Source: Rebecca billardiae RCC1528
Taxonomy: Eukaryota; Protista; Haptophyta
Reading direction: 5' to 3'
Assembly: GCA_965240325.2 (NCBI GenBank)
Contig: OZ251236.1
Coordinates: 186,001 to 250,000 of the forward strand
Length of the DNA: 64,000 nt
Position 1 is the first letter of the stretch; the number at the start of each line of letters is the position of its first letter. The notes beneath the pieces are model-generated. The model searched no databases. It saw nothing but the letters and a program-made list of their open reading frames with translations, and was not told where the DNA came from. Both the position numbers and the translations under genes were made by a program. Positions 46,801-58,022 of this stretch are shown here, piece by piece.

Positions 46801-49094
46801 CGGCTGCACTACGGGCACCCGGACGTGTTCGACGCGAACTGGCTCCGCCGCACCGCGATCAACGCCAAGGCCTCCCCGGTCCTCCACGTCAACGAGGACG
46901 TGTTCGCAGGGTACCAGGCTTTGCTGTCGTCGGACGCGTCAGCACACACCGACCACATCCAGTTCGAGAAGGGGCGCGAGGTGAACTTCGGCGGGGCGAA
47001 CGGCTTCGAGTCGAAGCTCGCGGCGGGCGCGGTGGCGCAGTGCCGCACGCGCGACCTGTACGAGCTCAACCTCCGCCTCGACATCGTCCGCCAGACCTTC
47101 CTCTTCCACTCGTCGCTCGGGTTTTACGTGACGCAGGCGCTGTGCGCGCTCGCCGTCTATCTGTACGTGCTCGTGCACGTGCTGTTCAAGCTGGCGCACA
47201 TCGACCTGTCGGAGATGCGCTGGCACACGGAGTTCCTCGCGAGCGAGTGGTTCCTCTCGATGGGCTTCCTCCTCATCGTCCCGCTCCTCGCCGAGCTCGC
47301 GCTCGAGAACGGACCTGGCCACGCGCTCGTCGAGCTGCTCTCGTCGCTCCCGCTCTCGACGTGCTTCTTCACGTTCCACCTGCAGACGCGGCTGTACTGC
47401 ATGAGCGTGGCGATCATGACGGGCAAGTCGGCGTACGTCGCCACCGGCCGCGCGGGCCCCGAGCACCGCCGCTCCATCCGCGACAACTACGTCGACTACT
47501 TGCGCTCGCACTACCAGCCCGCGTGCGCGCTGTTAGCGCTGCTGCTCACGTACCGGCTGCTCGCGCTGGACAACGGCGAGATGCGCACGCTGCCGATGCT
47601 CTTCATCTGGTTCTCCGCCTTCAGCTGGCTGCTCGCGCCGCTGCTCTTCACGCCGTTCCCCTCCGAGGGCGTCCTCCTCTCCGAGCTCGGCGAGCTGCGC
47701 ACCTTCATCCTCAAGTGGTACACGCCGCTGCGCGCGCTCACCGGACAGAAAGTCCGGGACGTGGGCGCGGCCGCCTCGGTGGTGAAGGACCTCACGGCGC
47801 GCCACCGGAACAACTGCCTCGACCAGTGGATGGCGCACAGCATGGTCGACGACGCGCGGCACCTGCTCAAGCGCGGCGTGCTCAACCGCGTCGCCTTCCT
47901 CCTGATGCGCCTCGCGCTCCTCGCGCTCTGCGCGGGCGCCGTCGGCTGGGTTCTGCCCTCCGCCGTCCTAGGCCTCTGCTCGCATCTCTCGCTCGCGTGG
48001 CTCAGCCTCGTGCTCATCCTCGGCGTGAAGCGGCCGGCGCTGCTCAGCTCGCTCCGCTGCTGCGTCAACGTAGGCAGCGGCTGGGACCGCGTCTCCGACT
48101 TCGTCCTCGTCTGCACCCCGCTCGCCGCGCTCGGATGGTTCGCTTCCACCGAGCCGCTCCTCACGCCGTCCGCGCTGTTGCTCGGCGTCTGCGCGACGCT
48201 CTTCGCCGCCTGGCAGCTCGAGCAGGTGCGCCGCCGCTCCGCGCGCGGCTCGGCGCGCCCGGCCTGGCGCGCGCCCTCACCGCCGCGCACACGCCCGCCT
48301 CCGCCCACGCCGCGCCCGCAGCTCGCCACCCTCCTCGTCGTCCACCGCGCCGACTGGGCCGATGGCGACGAGCAACGCCGGCTCGCGAGGATGGTCGACG
48401 GTGTGCACCGCGTGCGGCTGGTCTTCCCGTCGCGGCTGCTCGTCAAGGCGCTCGGCATCTTGATCCTGCTGCTGCAGGTGCGCCGCGCCCCACGGCGCCC
48501 GCGCGCGCCGCGCGCGCGCCACGCTCGACGGCTGCGCGCGCATGCGCGCGCGCGTGCATGCATGCGCGCACGCATGCGCACGCCGCTGAGTTCGCGTCCC
48601 CAACACCGCGCCGTGCGCAGGCGATCGCCGGCTTCGCGCTGTGCTTCGCCGGCAGCTGGCACACGTACGCGCTGTTCGGGCTGACGCTCGCCGAGCCGCA
48701 GCGCAAGGGCTTCCGCCAGGGCGACACGCTGCGCCGCATCTGGCAGCAGACGCTCGATACCTCGGGGGCGCAGGGCGGCGCCAGCATCGTGCTGCTGAGC
48801 GCGGGCAAGGCGCGCGCGCGCTTCCGCCGCGCGTTCCTCGCGACCGCGCTGAGCAAGCAGCTCACCGCGCCCGACGCGAAGGGGCGGCAGGGCGGCCGGA
48901 CCCGTCCGGCCGAGGGCGGCCTGGGCGATCTCTCCACCAGCTCCATCGGCCGAGGGCCGAGGCTCCCCCGGTCGATCTCGCCGATGGGCCGGCGCTCGCG
49001 GCGAAACAGCGACAGCGCCGCCGGCCGCGGCGCGCGCGTCGTCCGCTTCGGCTCGTTCGGCAAGGGGCAGCAGCAGCCGCCGGCGGCGCCGTAG
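41578..49094 (+). CDS. Fusion of a clan GH-A glycoside hydrolase TIM barrel and a GT48 1,3-beta-glucan (callose/FKS-type) synthase
   Basis: Single uninterrupted frame 41578-48225, then introns 48226-48321 and 48478-48620. GH motifs: RGVGYSP, ERDLPLIKAMGATSIRLW, WLIGNEPN, ISEFG, FEFSDEWWK. GT48 motifs: LWASYQQQTVARTVRG, IDANMD, GCREAIFS, RLHYGHPDVFD, KAS..HVNEDVFAG, KGREV, YVATGR; many TM helices. Confidence 0.9.
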
Positions 49095-50030
49095 GCGAAG
49101 GTCGCAGGCGGCGCAGCAACTCGCTCGTCTACGCTGCATTGTCATTGAGCTGAGCCGCGCACGCAACGGTTACTCAGCGACGTTCGGGTGACAGTTTTAG
49201 TCGGTTGACGACGAGCAATGAGGAGCCATCACGCGCTGACGATGACGATGATATATCTCGGATGAGTATGTGTATCGTCCGCCGGTGGCGGAATATTGAT
49301 ATTATTATTGTATTTGGCACCGCATTTTATATTATTTATTATTATTATATAATATATATATTGTCGTCGCGATCTGCGCTGCACCGCTGCGCGCCCATCA
49401 GCCTCAGGCTCATTCACTCACACTGACTGAATGAGTCCCTTGAACCAGTGAACTCGCATGAAACCTCGGCAGGCGCAGGCGGTTCGCGGTGGTCGAGCGA
49501 GACCTAAGGCGGCTAAGCCGAGCAGGAGCTAACTAAGAGAGAGTAGGGGAAACAAACCGCGCGTCTCGATATCTGCTCCCGTTCGGAATAAGTTATTATG
49601 GCCGAAAAAGTGACTCGTCTGGTGCCTGGTCATTTTTGGGCCCTATGTTCCCCAGTGGTTTCACTGTGAAATGGCGGAGGTCATACTGAGCCATCTCACG
49701 AACCACGGACCGTAGCAAGCTCGGGATGGTTTTGCCGCGAGTTCCTAGGCGAGCTTAGAAGAAGCACGATCGAACAAACTGTTGGAGCTTGCCGTATCCA
49801 CTTGCGCTCGGTCGCGGCGGGCCGCGAAGAAGGTGCTCTCTAGCTTGGCTCTGGGACAGCCAAGTGTGCCAAATGCAAATCCACCGGAGGAGATACCACC
49901 CGACCGTATTCATCATTGCCAGCGCAATTATAATTTATTTTTTGTATTTAAGTATAGCATTATTCGATATATATATGTATATATAAATTATACCGACGCG
50001 TGATCCGTCCTAGTATGCAACGGGCAAGCG

Positions 50031-50065
50031 TCAGGCTTAGAGCTTGCAGCAGACACATAGACTGC
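50031..50065 (-). repeat. Degraded copy of the dispersed (TA)-associated repeat end
   Basis: GTATGCAACGGGCAAGCGTCAG...AGCTTGCAGCAG resembles 31426-31470; a (TA)-rich tract lies at 49967-49992. Confidence 0.5.
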
Positions 50066-51047
50066 GTCCGCGCCTTCCGACCAGGTCAGGCAGTGCGCCA
50101 CCCGCAGCCCTGCCCCCGTGCCGGGGAGCGGGGCCGGGATGGAGCATCGCCTCGGCCTGGGGCGCGCGGCGGCGACGGCAGATGCCGCCGCGGCCGAGCG
50201 ACTTCCGGAGCACTTGGATGAGGGCGACGAAATATGTAGTATGTCGTACGCGACTGTACAGACAGTATACCCGCGAGGCATCATACGTCCGATAGACATC
50301 TTAATATTATGATGATATCTAGAAGCTGCTGGTGCATCGGCGGCGGGATCTCGCGCGCTGTTAGGCTCAGGCTGCTGGTGCGCATGATATACTAGCTGTA
50401 ATGTAGTACCGGCCCTCACCGTGGCCCTCCTGTCGTTATCCACCCGAGGTGGCGGGTTGCGGCCTGCACAATGCACGCGATCGCGCAGCATCTGAGTGCC
50501 GCTTCCGTCGGCTCTGCTGAGGTCCTTTATGGGTGCGTGTCGGCCGCGAATCTGCTGTCAACTTGCTGGGTACTGTAGTCCGTGGCGGCTGCACTGCACC
50601 ATTCCAAGTGCACGACTGCAGTAAGGCGCGGGGCAGCGTGTAGCCTCGTGTTGTTCAGGCACCCCAGTCCACATCGGCCGAGTCGCCCCGTGCATTGACA
50701 CTACGGCCCCAGTGCGGATGTGACGTGTCACCGGCTGTCGCGGTCGCACCGCGCGCACGACGACATGCAGCACGGTTGCCCCGCCGTTGTCCGCGGAGCA
50801 CATCCGAGTCGTCGAATTACACTCGTCGATCTACAGGCGCAGAGAACTGATAAGGGGTTGCCGCCGCTACAGTGGGGCACCCACAGGCCACGCTGGGGTC
50901 ATTGACATCGCGTCACAGCACGACGCGAAATGGCTAGCACTAGCAGTAGTAGCTCGCTTTTGAAAGTGACGAAGCCCGGCCATCAGGGGCTTTGAAATCC
51001 GGACCTATCCGGACCCAGTGACTACGGCTATATATATTTGGGCCCTC

Positions 51048-51120
51048 ATGTGTGTGTGTGTGCGTGTGTGTGTGTGTGTGTGCTGTGTGTGTGTGTGTGC
51101 TGTGTGTGTGTGTGTGTGTG
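51048..51120. repeat. (TG)n microsatellite
   Basis: Direct reading. Confidence 0.95.
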
Positions 51121-51541
51121 ATCGACATACGTGATGATGCTCCATATATCCGACGAAGTTGGTATATACCCTAAATCGAGGTCGCTGCTGAATCGATCTG
51201 ATGGCATTGGCACCCAACCGCGTATAACCGCCACGTATTCGTCGTCAGCTGCAATTGCGTGATCTGTGTCAATCATCAGATCACGCGCGTGATCTGTGTT
51301 AATGCGCGCACATCTGCCTCATCATCCATCATATGGGCCGCTCCAATCAGCTCAGCACCAGCCTGCTCAGAGGGCGGAACTGCACGTCGCGCGTGGTGCG
51401 CGCGGCAGCCACATCCGCGCGGGCGATGTGCTGCCGCGGTCTTGACGTTGGCGTGATGAATTATGGAAGTACTACTATGATAGTAGAGAGAGAGCAGATT
51501 GGGCGCGAGTTCGAGACACAAGTGGAGTAGGCAATAAGTGC

Positions 51542-52870
51542 TCACATCGACGCTGCATCATTGCGCGCGGTGCACGCGGGCAGACTCGTCATCTCGACCC
51601 CGTGCTGGCCAGAATTGGCGGTGGCGGGCGCGCTGTTATTGGCCATGTCGGCAGAGATGCCGGAATCGTCGTCGGCAACCTCGCTCATGCCCACGCGAGC
51701 GTAGGCACGCGACGGCTCGCTCGTCGGGCGGCGCATCACCTTGGTGATGACAGTGGTAGCGCCGATTGCGGCTAGCGCCGCCGTGGTGACCAGGCCGATC
51801 GTGGCCAAAATCACGAGCACGGCATCACTGTCGAGAGACTTGGAGATCGTCGGTTGGTGGATCGAGTCCTCGTCATGACGTGACATCGATGCGCGGGCGA
51901 GGGAGTCGCCAACCGACTGGTCAGTCGCCGCCGCCCCACCGATCTCCACGGCGGAGGCGGGAGCAGCGCCGATGGTCTTGACCTCATCGTCGTCAACGGG
52001 CGTGATCGTCTGCTGTGCGTCGCTGTTGGCGAGCGAGCTGGCACGCTGCGAGAAACCAGGCTTGAAAGAGGGCCGGCGCCGGGGGTCTGCAATATCACGG
52101 CGCGAGTGCGGCGGCGGATGACGCGTCTGCCACCACGGCTTGTGCGGGCACCTGAGCGGACGAATGGCGATGTCGGTGACATCCGCGTCGGCAACGATGT
52201 ACTTCGACGTGCCGAAGAAGCCCGCGTCTGTCATGTAGAGCTTGGCGCCGCGGTAGCCAGGCTGCGGTCCGCGGCCAAACTCGGCGCACACTACCTCGTT
52301 ATTATGGGCGACGACAACCGAGTGGAAGTCGATCTGGATGACCACGCGCACCTCTGAGCCCACCGGGATGGGCTGCCCGTGGTCGCAGCGATCATCCTGC
52401 ACGGTGCCGTGGTCATTCGTCACCAGCAGGTTGCTTGTTCCTGGCCAGAGCCACACGCCAGGCACGCGCGAGCCAGGCTCGCCGATGTTCTCGTTGGTCG
52501 CGGAGATGTGCAGGATAGACTGCCACTTGTGCTGCTCGTAGGCGTTGGCGCGCGCGACCGAGTGAAGCTTGAGCGTGAATGCGACCTCGTACTCCAGCGG
52601 AAGATCCACCGTGGCCACCACGTTTGCAGGGAGAAGCTCGATGTGCTGCGCCGCGTACAGCGGTTCGCACGTCGACGCGCGCCATGCCTCGGACTGGGTC
52701 TTCAGCGTGCTCAGCTTGAGGGCGAACTCCTCGTCTGGGTCGTCAGGCAGCGGTGAGATCGAAGGCTCGTCGTCGTACGCTCTCGAGTAGAGGCCGCGAG
52801 CGCGAGCGCGAGCGCCGGCCGAGGACGCCAGCGCGCACGCCACGAGAGCGCTGGGGAGGATGCTCGGCAT
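51542..52870 (-). CDS. Type-I membrane protein with a ConA/LamG-like lectin-type beta domain
   Basis: Signal MPSILPSALVACALASS; beta-rich domain LPLEYEVAFTL...WQSILHIS...GSRVPGVWLWPG; single C-terminal TM (AVLVILATIGLVTTAALAAIGATTVI) followed by KVMRR. Confidence 0.7.
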   Translation of the reverse strand: MPSILPSALVACALASSAGARARARGLYSRAYDDEPSISPLPDDPDEEFALKLSTLKTQSEAWRASTCEPLYAAQHIELLPANVVATVDLPLEYEVAFTLKLHSVARANAYEQHKWQSILHISATNENIGEPGSRVPGVWLWPGTSNLLVTNDHGTVQDDRCDHGQPIPVGSEVRVVIQIDFHSVVVAHNNEVVCAEFGRGPQPGYRGAKLYMTDAGFFGTSKYIVADADVTDIAIRPLRCPHKPWWQTRHPPPHSRRDIADPRRRPSFKPGFSQRASSLANSDAQQTITPVDDDEVKTIGAAPASAVEIGGAAATDQSVGDSLARASMSRHDEDSIHQPTISKSLDSDAVLVILATIGLVTTAALAAIGATTVITKVMRRPTSEPSRAYARVGMSEVADDDSGISADMANNSAPATANSGQHGVEMTSLPACTARNDAASM

Positions 52871-53505
52871 GGAGCTCGGTCGACCAAGTTGGCACTGGGG
52901 CTCGGCGCCGCCTGCGGACGTCGAAGAGTCACGCCATTTTCTTCCCCATCCGGAATATCAGCGCATCTGCGGACAGCTTCCAATAAAAGCCGGTGTGCTG
53001 TTCATCTTTGTCCCAGCAGAACTCTTCGCGTGGACGTGCGGCGCGGCACGATGCTGTTTCGCTAACAGCCCCCCCGACCGGACAAAAACTTTATGGCCAG
53101 TTCTTCATCATACATTGACTCACTTTGAATCATCAGCTATAGCTGATTCCGAGTGCACTCACTGCACAGCTTCGTGAGCAGCTCAGGTCCAGGAATAAAC
53201 AGGTGGATGCGGGTCGACTGCCGGATGGGGCCGCAATGCAATCGGCGGGGGTATCATCACGCGGGGGCGCTCTCGGCTCTCGCCTCTCGCGCGGGATCAA
53301 TTAGAGCCAGGCCCAGCTAGAGGCTTCGCGCGGCTCATAACGCCCGATTCGCCGACGAGGAAAGGCAAGAAAGCGTGTATATAGAGCGGCGGCTTTGGCG
53401 GGCGCTCTGGGACCACCGGCCGCCGCCGTAGGCTACGACCCACGTCATCAATCAATCATATCATCGTCGCATCCGCGCCACGCGTGGACTAATTCTATAT
53501 GCGAT

Positions 53506-53594
53506 ATTTAAAGACACAGGCACGAGGGCGCAGCTCTCCTGATTCGTCTGTAGTGGTACTGGTCGAAGCTTGCAGCAGTGGCAGTGGTGTGAGC
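53506..53594 (+). repeat. 89-bp dispersed repeat, copy 2
   Basis: Identical to 28966-29054. Confidence 0.9.
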
Positions 53595-54202
53595 AAAACC
53601 GCGCCGCCCCCGGGTAGTATGCCTGCGGCGCATAGTATGCCATATCCGGACGGTCCGCGCGGCACGTTATTTATGCCACGTGCCACCGCCGCGGTACGTC
53701 CGCGCATGCGCCGCGCATATAGATCTTATTAAATTGATATGCAGCTTGTGATATATGGCGGTGCCCGGGCGGCTGATATGCCGCGCTTATTACATATATA
53801 TATTAAATTGATCGACTGACAGTGACGAGTTCATCTGATTGCGCCCGCCTCCGCCGCCGCGAGTCCGCCGCGGACTCGGATGGCAACGCGCTGCTGGCCG
53901 GGCGGGCGCCTACTGTTAGTGCGGCCGCGCAGTAGCTAGTACGCTGTGGGCTGCCAGCATGATGACGCAGGTTCAGCATGATGACATATCATCATCAGTC
54001 ATGTGACGTCAGGCGGCGTGCACCAACGCAGACCGTGTCCGTGACGGACTCGCTCGCTACTCTCGCTAGCTGAGTTACTCTCCCGAACCGCCAATACTAG
54101 TGAGTATTCAATCGAATAACGACGCGGCGCTACGGGCAGGCGGCCCGCCTCAGGACGCTGGCTGCTCGGCTGCCGCGCGGCCCCGCGCGTGCTGTCAGTC
54201 GG

Positions 54203-55360
54203 CTAGTAGCAGCCAGCGTGGCGGGCGAGCCGCTGCAAGAACGAATCCTTATCGTCGCCACCCACACGCGATGAAGCTGCGGCGGGGCCGCCCGCGGGTG
54301 ACGCCGCCCGCGGCGCTGTGCCAGAGGGCGCAGATGCGGTTGCAGCCTCGGCTGGGCGAAGATGCGCGGCCACCTCTCGCTCGAGTTTGGCGAATGCCCG
54401 CGGTGGTGAGCCCATGTAGTGCACGAGCTTCACGTCGATGGGCTGGTGCGCATGCCGCAAAAGTGCGCGCTGCAGCGCGCTCGCGATCCACTCGTTCGGA
54501 TTGCCGAACGCGCCGCCACCCATGCACGTCAGGTAGACGGTGGCCCGACCCGTGGGCTGCCGTGCGGCGACGATCGACCCCACCGCGAGCGTCGCGTCAT
54601 ACGCGGCCTCCAGGCACACGGATGCGAGCGGCGCCCAGTCGCGCAGCGGGGTGCCCCGCGCGTAGGCGATCGGGAGCGCCGACGCAAAGACCTGCGTGAC
54701 GCAGTGACGGCCGCCGCGGACGGCGGTCGACCAGTGCACGCCGACACGCGTGGCGAGCGTCGCCTGCTCGGCGAGGGCGGGGTCGGCCTGCAGGCGGCTC
54801 GCCACGTCAGCCATCGAGCCGGGCGCACTCGGCAGGCAGTAGCCATTCTGCATGCGCCACGCGCCGCGGCCGACGATTGGGGCGACGTCTCGCAGCAGGT
54901 CGATCTGGCGGCCGGGCCCGCCCCCCTGGCCGGTGCCGTTGACGAGGTAGTTTCGGTACGCCAGCGCGCCGGGGCACGCGAGCGCGCACGCGGGGCCCTG
55001 CGTCGGATCGTCGACGTAGATCGTGACGCCGCGGTCTGGGCTCACACCAGGCCCGACCATCTCGAGGCAGTTGAACTGCGAGGCCGCCTGGAAGACGGCG
55101 TCGGGGTGCTTCATGTGCAAGGTGCGCACATCCGCCGTGATGTTGGCGAAGCTGAGGCTCGTCGGCCCGGGCTCGCTCGGTAGCCGTGCCCGCAGCTCGC
55201 CGACGGACGGCGTCTCAAAGTCGCCGATTCGCGTGCGCCCCTTGGGGTGGACGAGCGTACGGCCGCCGTCTTCGAGGGCGAAGCGCGCCCGGTTGCGCGT
55301 GTAAGACGGCTGCTCGGCGAAGCCGAACGCCTCCTCAAACCACCCGTGAGCACCACCCAT
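54203..55360 (-). CDS. Conserved protein with macro/PARG-like motifs
   Basis: Intronless 385-aa ORF with WFEEAFGF, FQAASQFNCLEM, DPTQGPACALAC, AAYDATL and VYLTCMGGGAFGN. The last resembles the GxGAFG diphosphate loop of PARG/macro domains. Confidence 0.65.
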   Translation of the reverse strand: MGGAHGWFEEAFGFAEQPSYTRNRARFALEDGGRTLVHPKGRTRIGDFETPSVGELRARLPSEPGPTSLSFANITADVRTLHMKHPDAVFQAASQFNCLEMVGPGVSPDRGVTIYVDDPTQGPACALACPGALAYRNYLVNGTGQGGGPGRQIDLLRDVAPIVGRGAWRMQNGYCLPSAPGSMADVASRLQADPALAEQATLATRVGVHWSTAVRGGRHCVTQVFASALPIAYARGTPLRDWAPLASVCLEAAYDATLAVGSIVAARQPTGRATVYLTCMGGGAFGNPNEWIASALQRALLRHAHQPIDVKLVHYMGSPPRAFAKLEREVAAHLRPAEAATASAPSGTAPRAASPAGGPAAASSRVGGDDKDSFLQRLARHAGCY

Positions 55361-55557
55361 GAAGAATCACGAAGGGGCAAATCGCCCTTGCGTCCACAGC
55401 CGGGTCGACCGGGCGCGGACCGGTCGCGACTCGCCAGTCGCGAGCTGTGCGACAACAATGGCGGTCGACCCCAGCATCACGATGGACGAAAGAATCAGCG
55501 AGGCCCTTTTTCACTTCGGCCGCGAACGAGTGTGGCGCAGCCAGTGCAGCGTGCAGC

Positions 55558-56673
55558 CAAGGGGAGTCAGGGTACAGCACGTCCAGTTGGGCAGCAGCTG
55601 GAGCTTGGGTACAAAAGCTTCCCGCGGCGCAGCGGCACTCGCCGCCGCCGCCGCCGTCGAGGGGCGGTTGTGGCGCGCACGGCGTGAGCCGCTGCGGGCG
55701 CTGAGGTGCGCGCGACGGCGGCGCGCCCGGCGGCGCTGCTGTAGGAGGCCACTGCCCTCCTCTCTGCCCCGCGCGCTTCGCTCGTCGTCGCCGTCTCCGC
55801 GCCTGCGACTCAGCGCGCACGCGAGCGCCGCACCGCCCGGCAGCCGGGGCAATCTCAGCCGTGACTGCGCATGTGCGTCGCGACCTGGTCGGCCCAGCGC
55901 GCGAGGCGCGTGCGGGCGAGGTAGGGCCAGTATGGGCGCGCGCCATGCCGCCTCGACCTTGCGCCGGTGGGCATGTCGCGGGCCTTGCACCTCTGTCGAC
56001 GACGTTGACAAACAATGCGGCACCCAAGCGCAGACGTCAGTGTGCACGATCGAGGCAGTAGGCGTACAGACGCGATAGTTGCAGAGCCTTTTGTGATCAT
56101 GCGAGTCATACATTGTCAACGACTCTCGCCCAGGTCGTCTGCGCGCTGAACTGACGTTTTGACTGAGTGCCTCGAGATCGCCTCGACGATGGCCCGTGCA
56201 TTGCTTGAACACAGTCCAAGCGGCCAACCAGACACACGTGCTCAGTTCCCTGTTGTACGCTCTGATGGGCTTACTTGAGGCGGCATGGCGCGCGCCCATA
56301 CTGGCCCTACCTCGCCCGCACGCGCCTCGCGCGCTGGGCCGACCAGGTCGCGACGCACATGCGCAGTCACGGCTGAGATTGCCCCGGCTGCCGGGCGGTG
56401 CGGCGCTCGCGTGCGCGCTGAGTCGCAGGCGCGGAGACGGCGACGACGAGCGAAGCGCGCGGGGCAGAGAGGAGGGCAGTGGCCTCCTACAGCAGCGCCG
56501 CCGGGCGCGCCGCCGTCGCGCGCACCTCAGCGCCCGCAGCGGCTCACGCCGTGCGCGCCACAACCGCCCCTCGACGGCGGCGGCGGCGGCGAGTGCCGCT
56601 GCGCCGCGGGAAGCTTTTGTACCCAAGCTCCAGCTGCAGCCCAACTGGACGTGCTGTACCCTGACTCCCCTTG
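55558..56673. mobile_element. P-superfamily (Galileo-like) non-autonomous foldback element
   Basis: 397-bp near-perfect TIRs (55558-55954 / 56277-56673) beginning CAAGG; 7-bp TSD GTGCAGC at 55551-55557 and 56674-56680; 322-bp spacer. Confidence 0.85.
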
Positions 56674-56825
56674 GTGCAGCGGACTGTCACGCGCACGCAC
56701 GGAAGCTTCCCGTGCCCCGTCGCCAGGCGTCCGGGCGAAGACGCGCGCAGTTTTTTCAGCTTTGAAACTCGCGGCCGCGAGCCGGCAACGAGGATCCCTC
56801 GAGCCTCCACGTCCCGTCGTGCGAC

Positions 56826-58022
56826 ATGCTGGCTGTAATCACGTGCTGCGCATGCGCGCTCTCCACGCGCGCGCCGGTGGCGCGCCAGGCGACCATCCGC
56901 ATGTCGACGGCGCCGTCGACGTCGGGCGCTGAGACCGCGCCGGCGACGCCCAAGCCCGCGCCGACCCCGCCGCCGGCGATGCCGAGCATGGCAACGTACC
57001 GCGGGAACGGTGCGCGCCCGCGCGGAGAGTGGCCGACAGACGCGGGCTTCGGCAAGCACGCCGGGATGCCGCAGGCCGCGTTCTCCATGGCGCTCCCGCC
57101 CAAGGTCTCGATCGAGCTCCCCATCGGCGAGGAGCCGCAGTCGCTCGAGTTCGACATCCCGAGCTTCAGCCGGCCGCAGCTGCTCGACGGCACGCATGCG
57201 GGCGATTTCGGCTTCGACCCTCTCGGCCTTGCGACGGACGTGCCCACGCTGCACAAGTACCTGGAGGCGGAGGTGAAGCACGCGCGGTTGGCAATGCTCG
57301 CGGTCGCGGGCTGGGCCGGCGCCGAGCTCTTCGCCGAGGGCGGCCTCGCCGCGGGCGGGCGCGCGCCTTCGCTCCTCAACGGCCACTTGCTCACCTCTCT
57401 GCCCAACCTCGTCGGCACCGCGCTCGTGTTCGCGCTGATCGGCGTGATGGAGAACACGCGCGACTCGACGACGAGCGACGCGCTCCCGGCCGACGACGGC
57501 TCGTGCACGATGACGCAGTGGGTGCACTACCTTGACGGGCCGTACGTCCCGGGCTGCTACGAGTTTGACCCACTGGGTGCGCGCGCGCGCGCCGAGCGGC
57601 GGCGGCCGTCCCCCCCCCCCTGCGGCGGCGCGCCCACTGCGGCGGCGGCCGTGCGGTTGGGAGAGCAGACCGTACGGGGGTGGGTGGCGCGCTCGGTCAT
57701 CCGACCCCACGCCTGCATACCCAACCCCTCGCGGCGCTCCTACTGCCGCCGTCCTGTGGGCGCGCACTCACCGCCCGCCGCCCCCGTGCGCACGCGCCGT
57801 GCCCCCGCAGGCCTGTACGGTCTGCTCGGCACGACAGCCGCGGGCCGACGCTCGATGCGCGAGCTTGAGGTGCAGCACGGCCGCGTCGCCATGCTCGCCA
57901 TCACGTGGTGGGCGCTGGCTGAGCCGCTGACTCACACCGCCATCACCAGCTCCAACGCGATTTTCTTCAAACCGACGCCGGTGGTGATCTGGGACTTTGT
58001 CCAGGGGCTGGTGAAGCACTAG
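56826..58022 (+). CDS. Light-harvesting chlorophyll-binding protein (LHC, Lhcz-like), 2 exons
   Basis: Bipartite-type presequence; GDFGFDPLGL, EAEVKHARLAMLA, GRAPSLLNG, FDPLGL and ELEVQHGRVAMLA. In-frame intron 57577-57810. Confidence 0.92.
   Translation: MLAVITCCACALSTRAPVARQATIRMSTAPSTSGAETAPATPKPAPTPPPAMPSMATYRGNGARPRGEWPTDAGFGKHAGMPQAAFSMALPPKVSIELPIGEEPQSLEFDIPSFSRPQLLDGTHAGDFGFDPLGLATDVPTLHKYLEAEVKHARLAMLAVAGWAGAELFAEGGLAAGGRAPSLLNGHLLTSLPNLVGTALVFALIGVMENTRDSTTSDALPADDGSCTMTQWVHYLDGPYVPGCYEFDPLGARARAERRRPSPPPCGGAPTAAAAVRLGEQTVRGWVARSVIRPHACIPNPSRRSYCRRPVGAHSPPAAPVRTRRAPAGLYGLLGTTAAGRRSMRELEVQHGRVAMLAITWWALAEPLTHTAITSSNAIFFKPTPVVIWDFVQGLVKH

Noticed and set aside
49440-49930. Lower-GC segment that might be a TE fragment
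   Set aside because: No TIR, TSD, second copy or coding motif found within the window.
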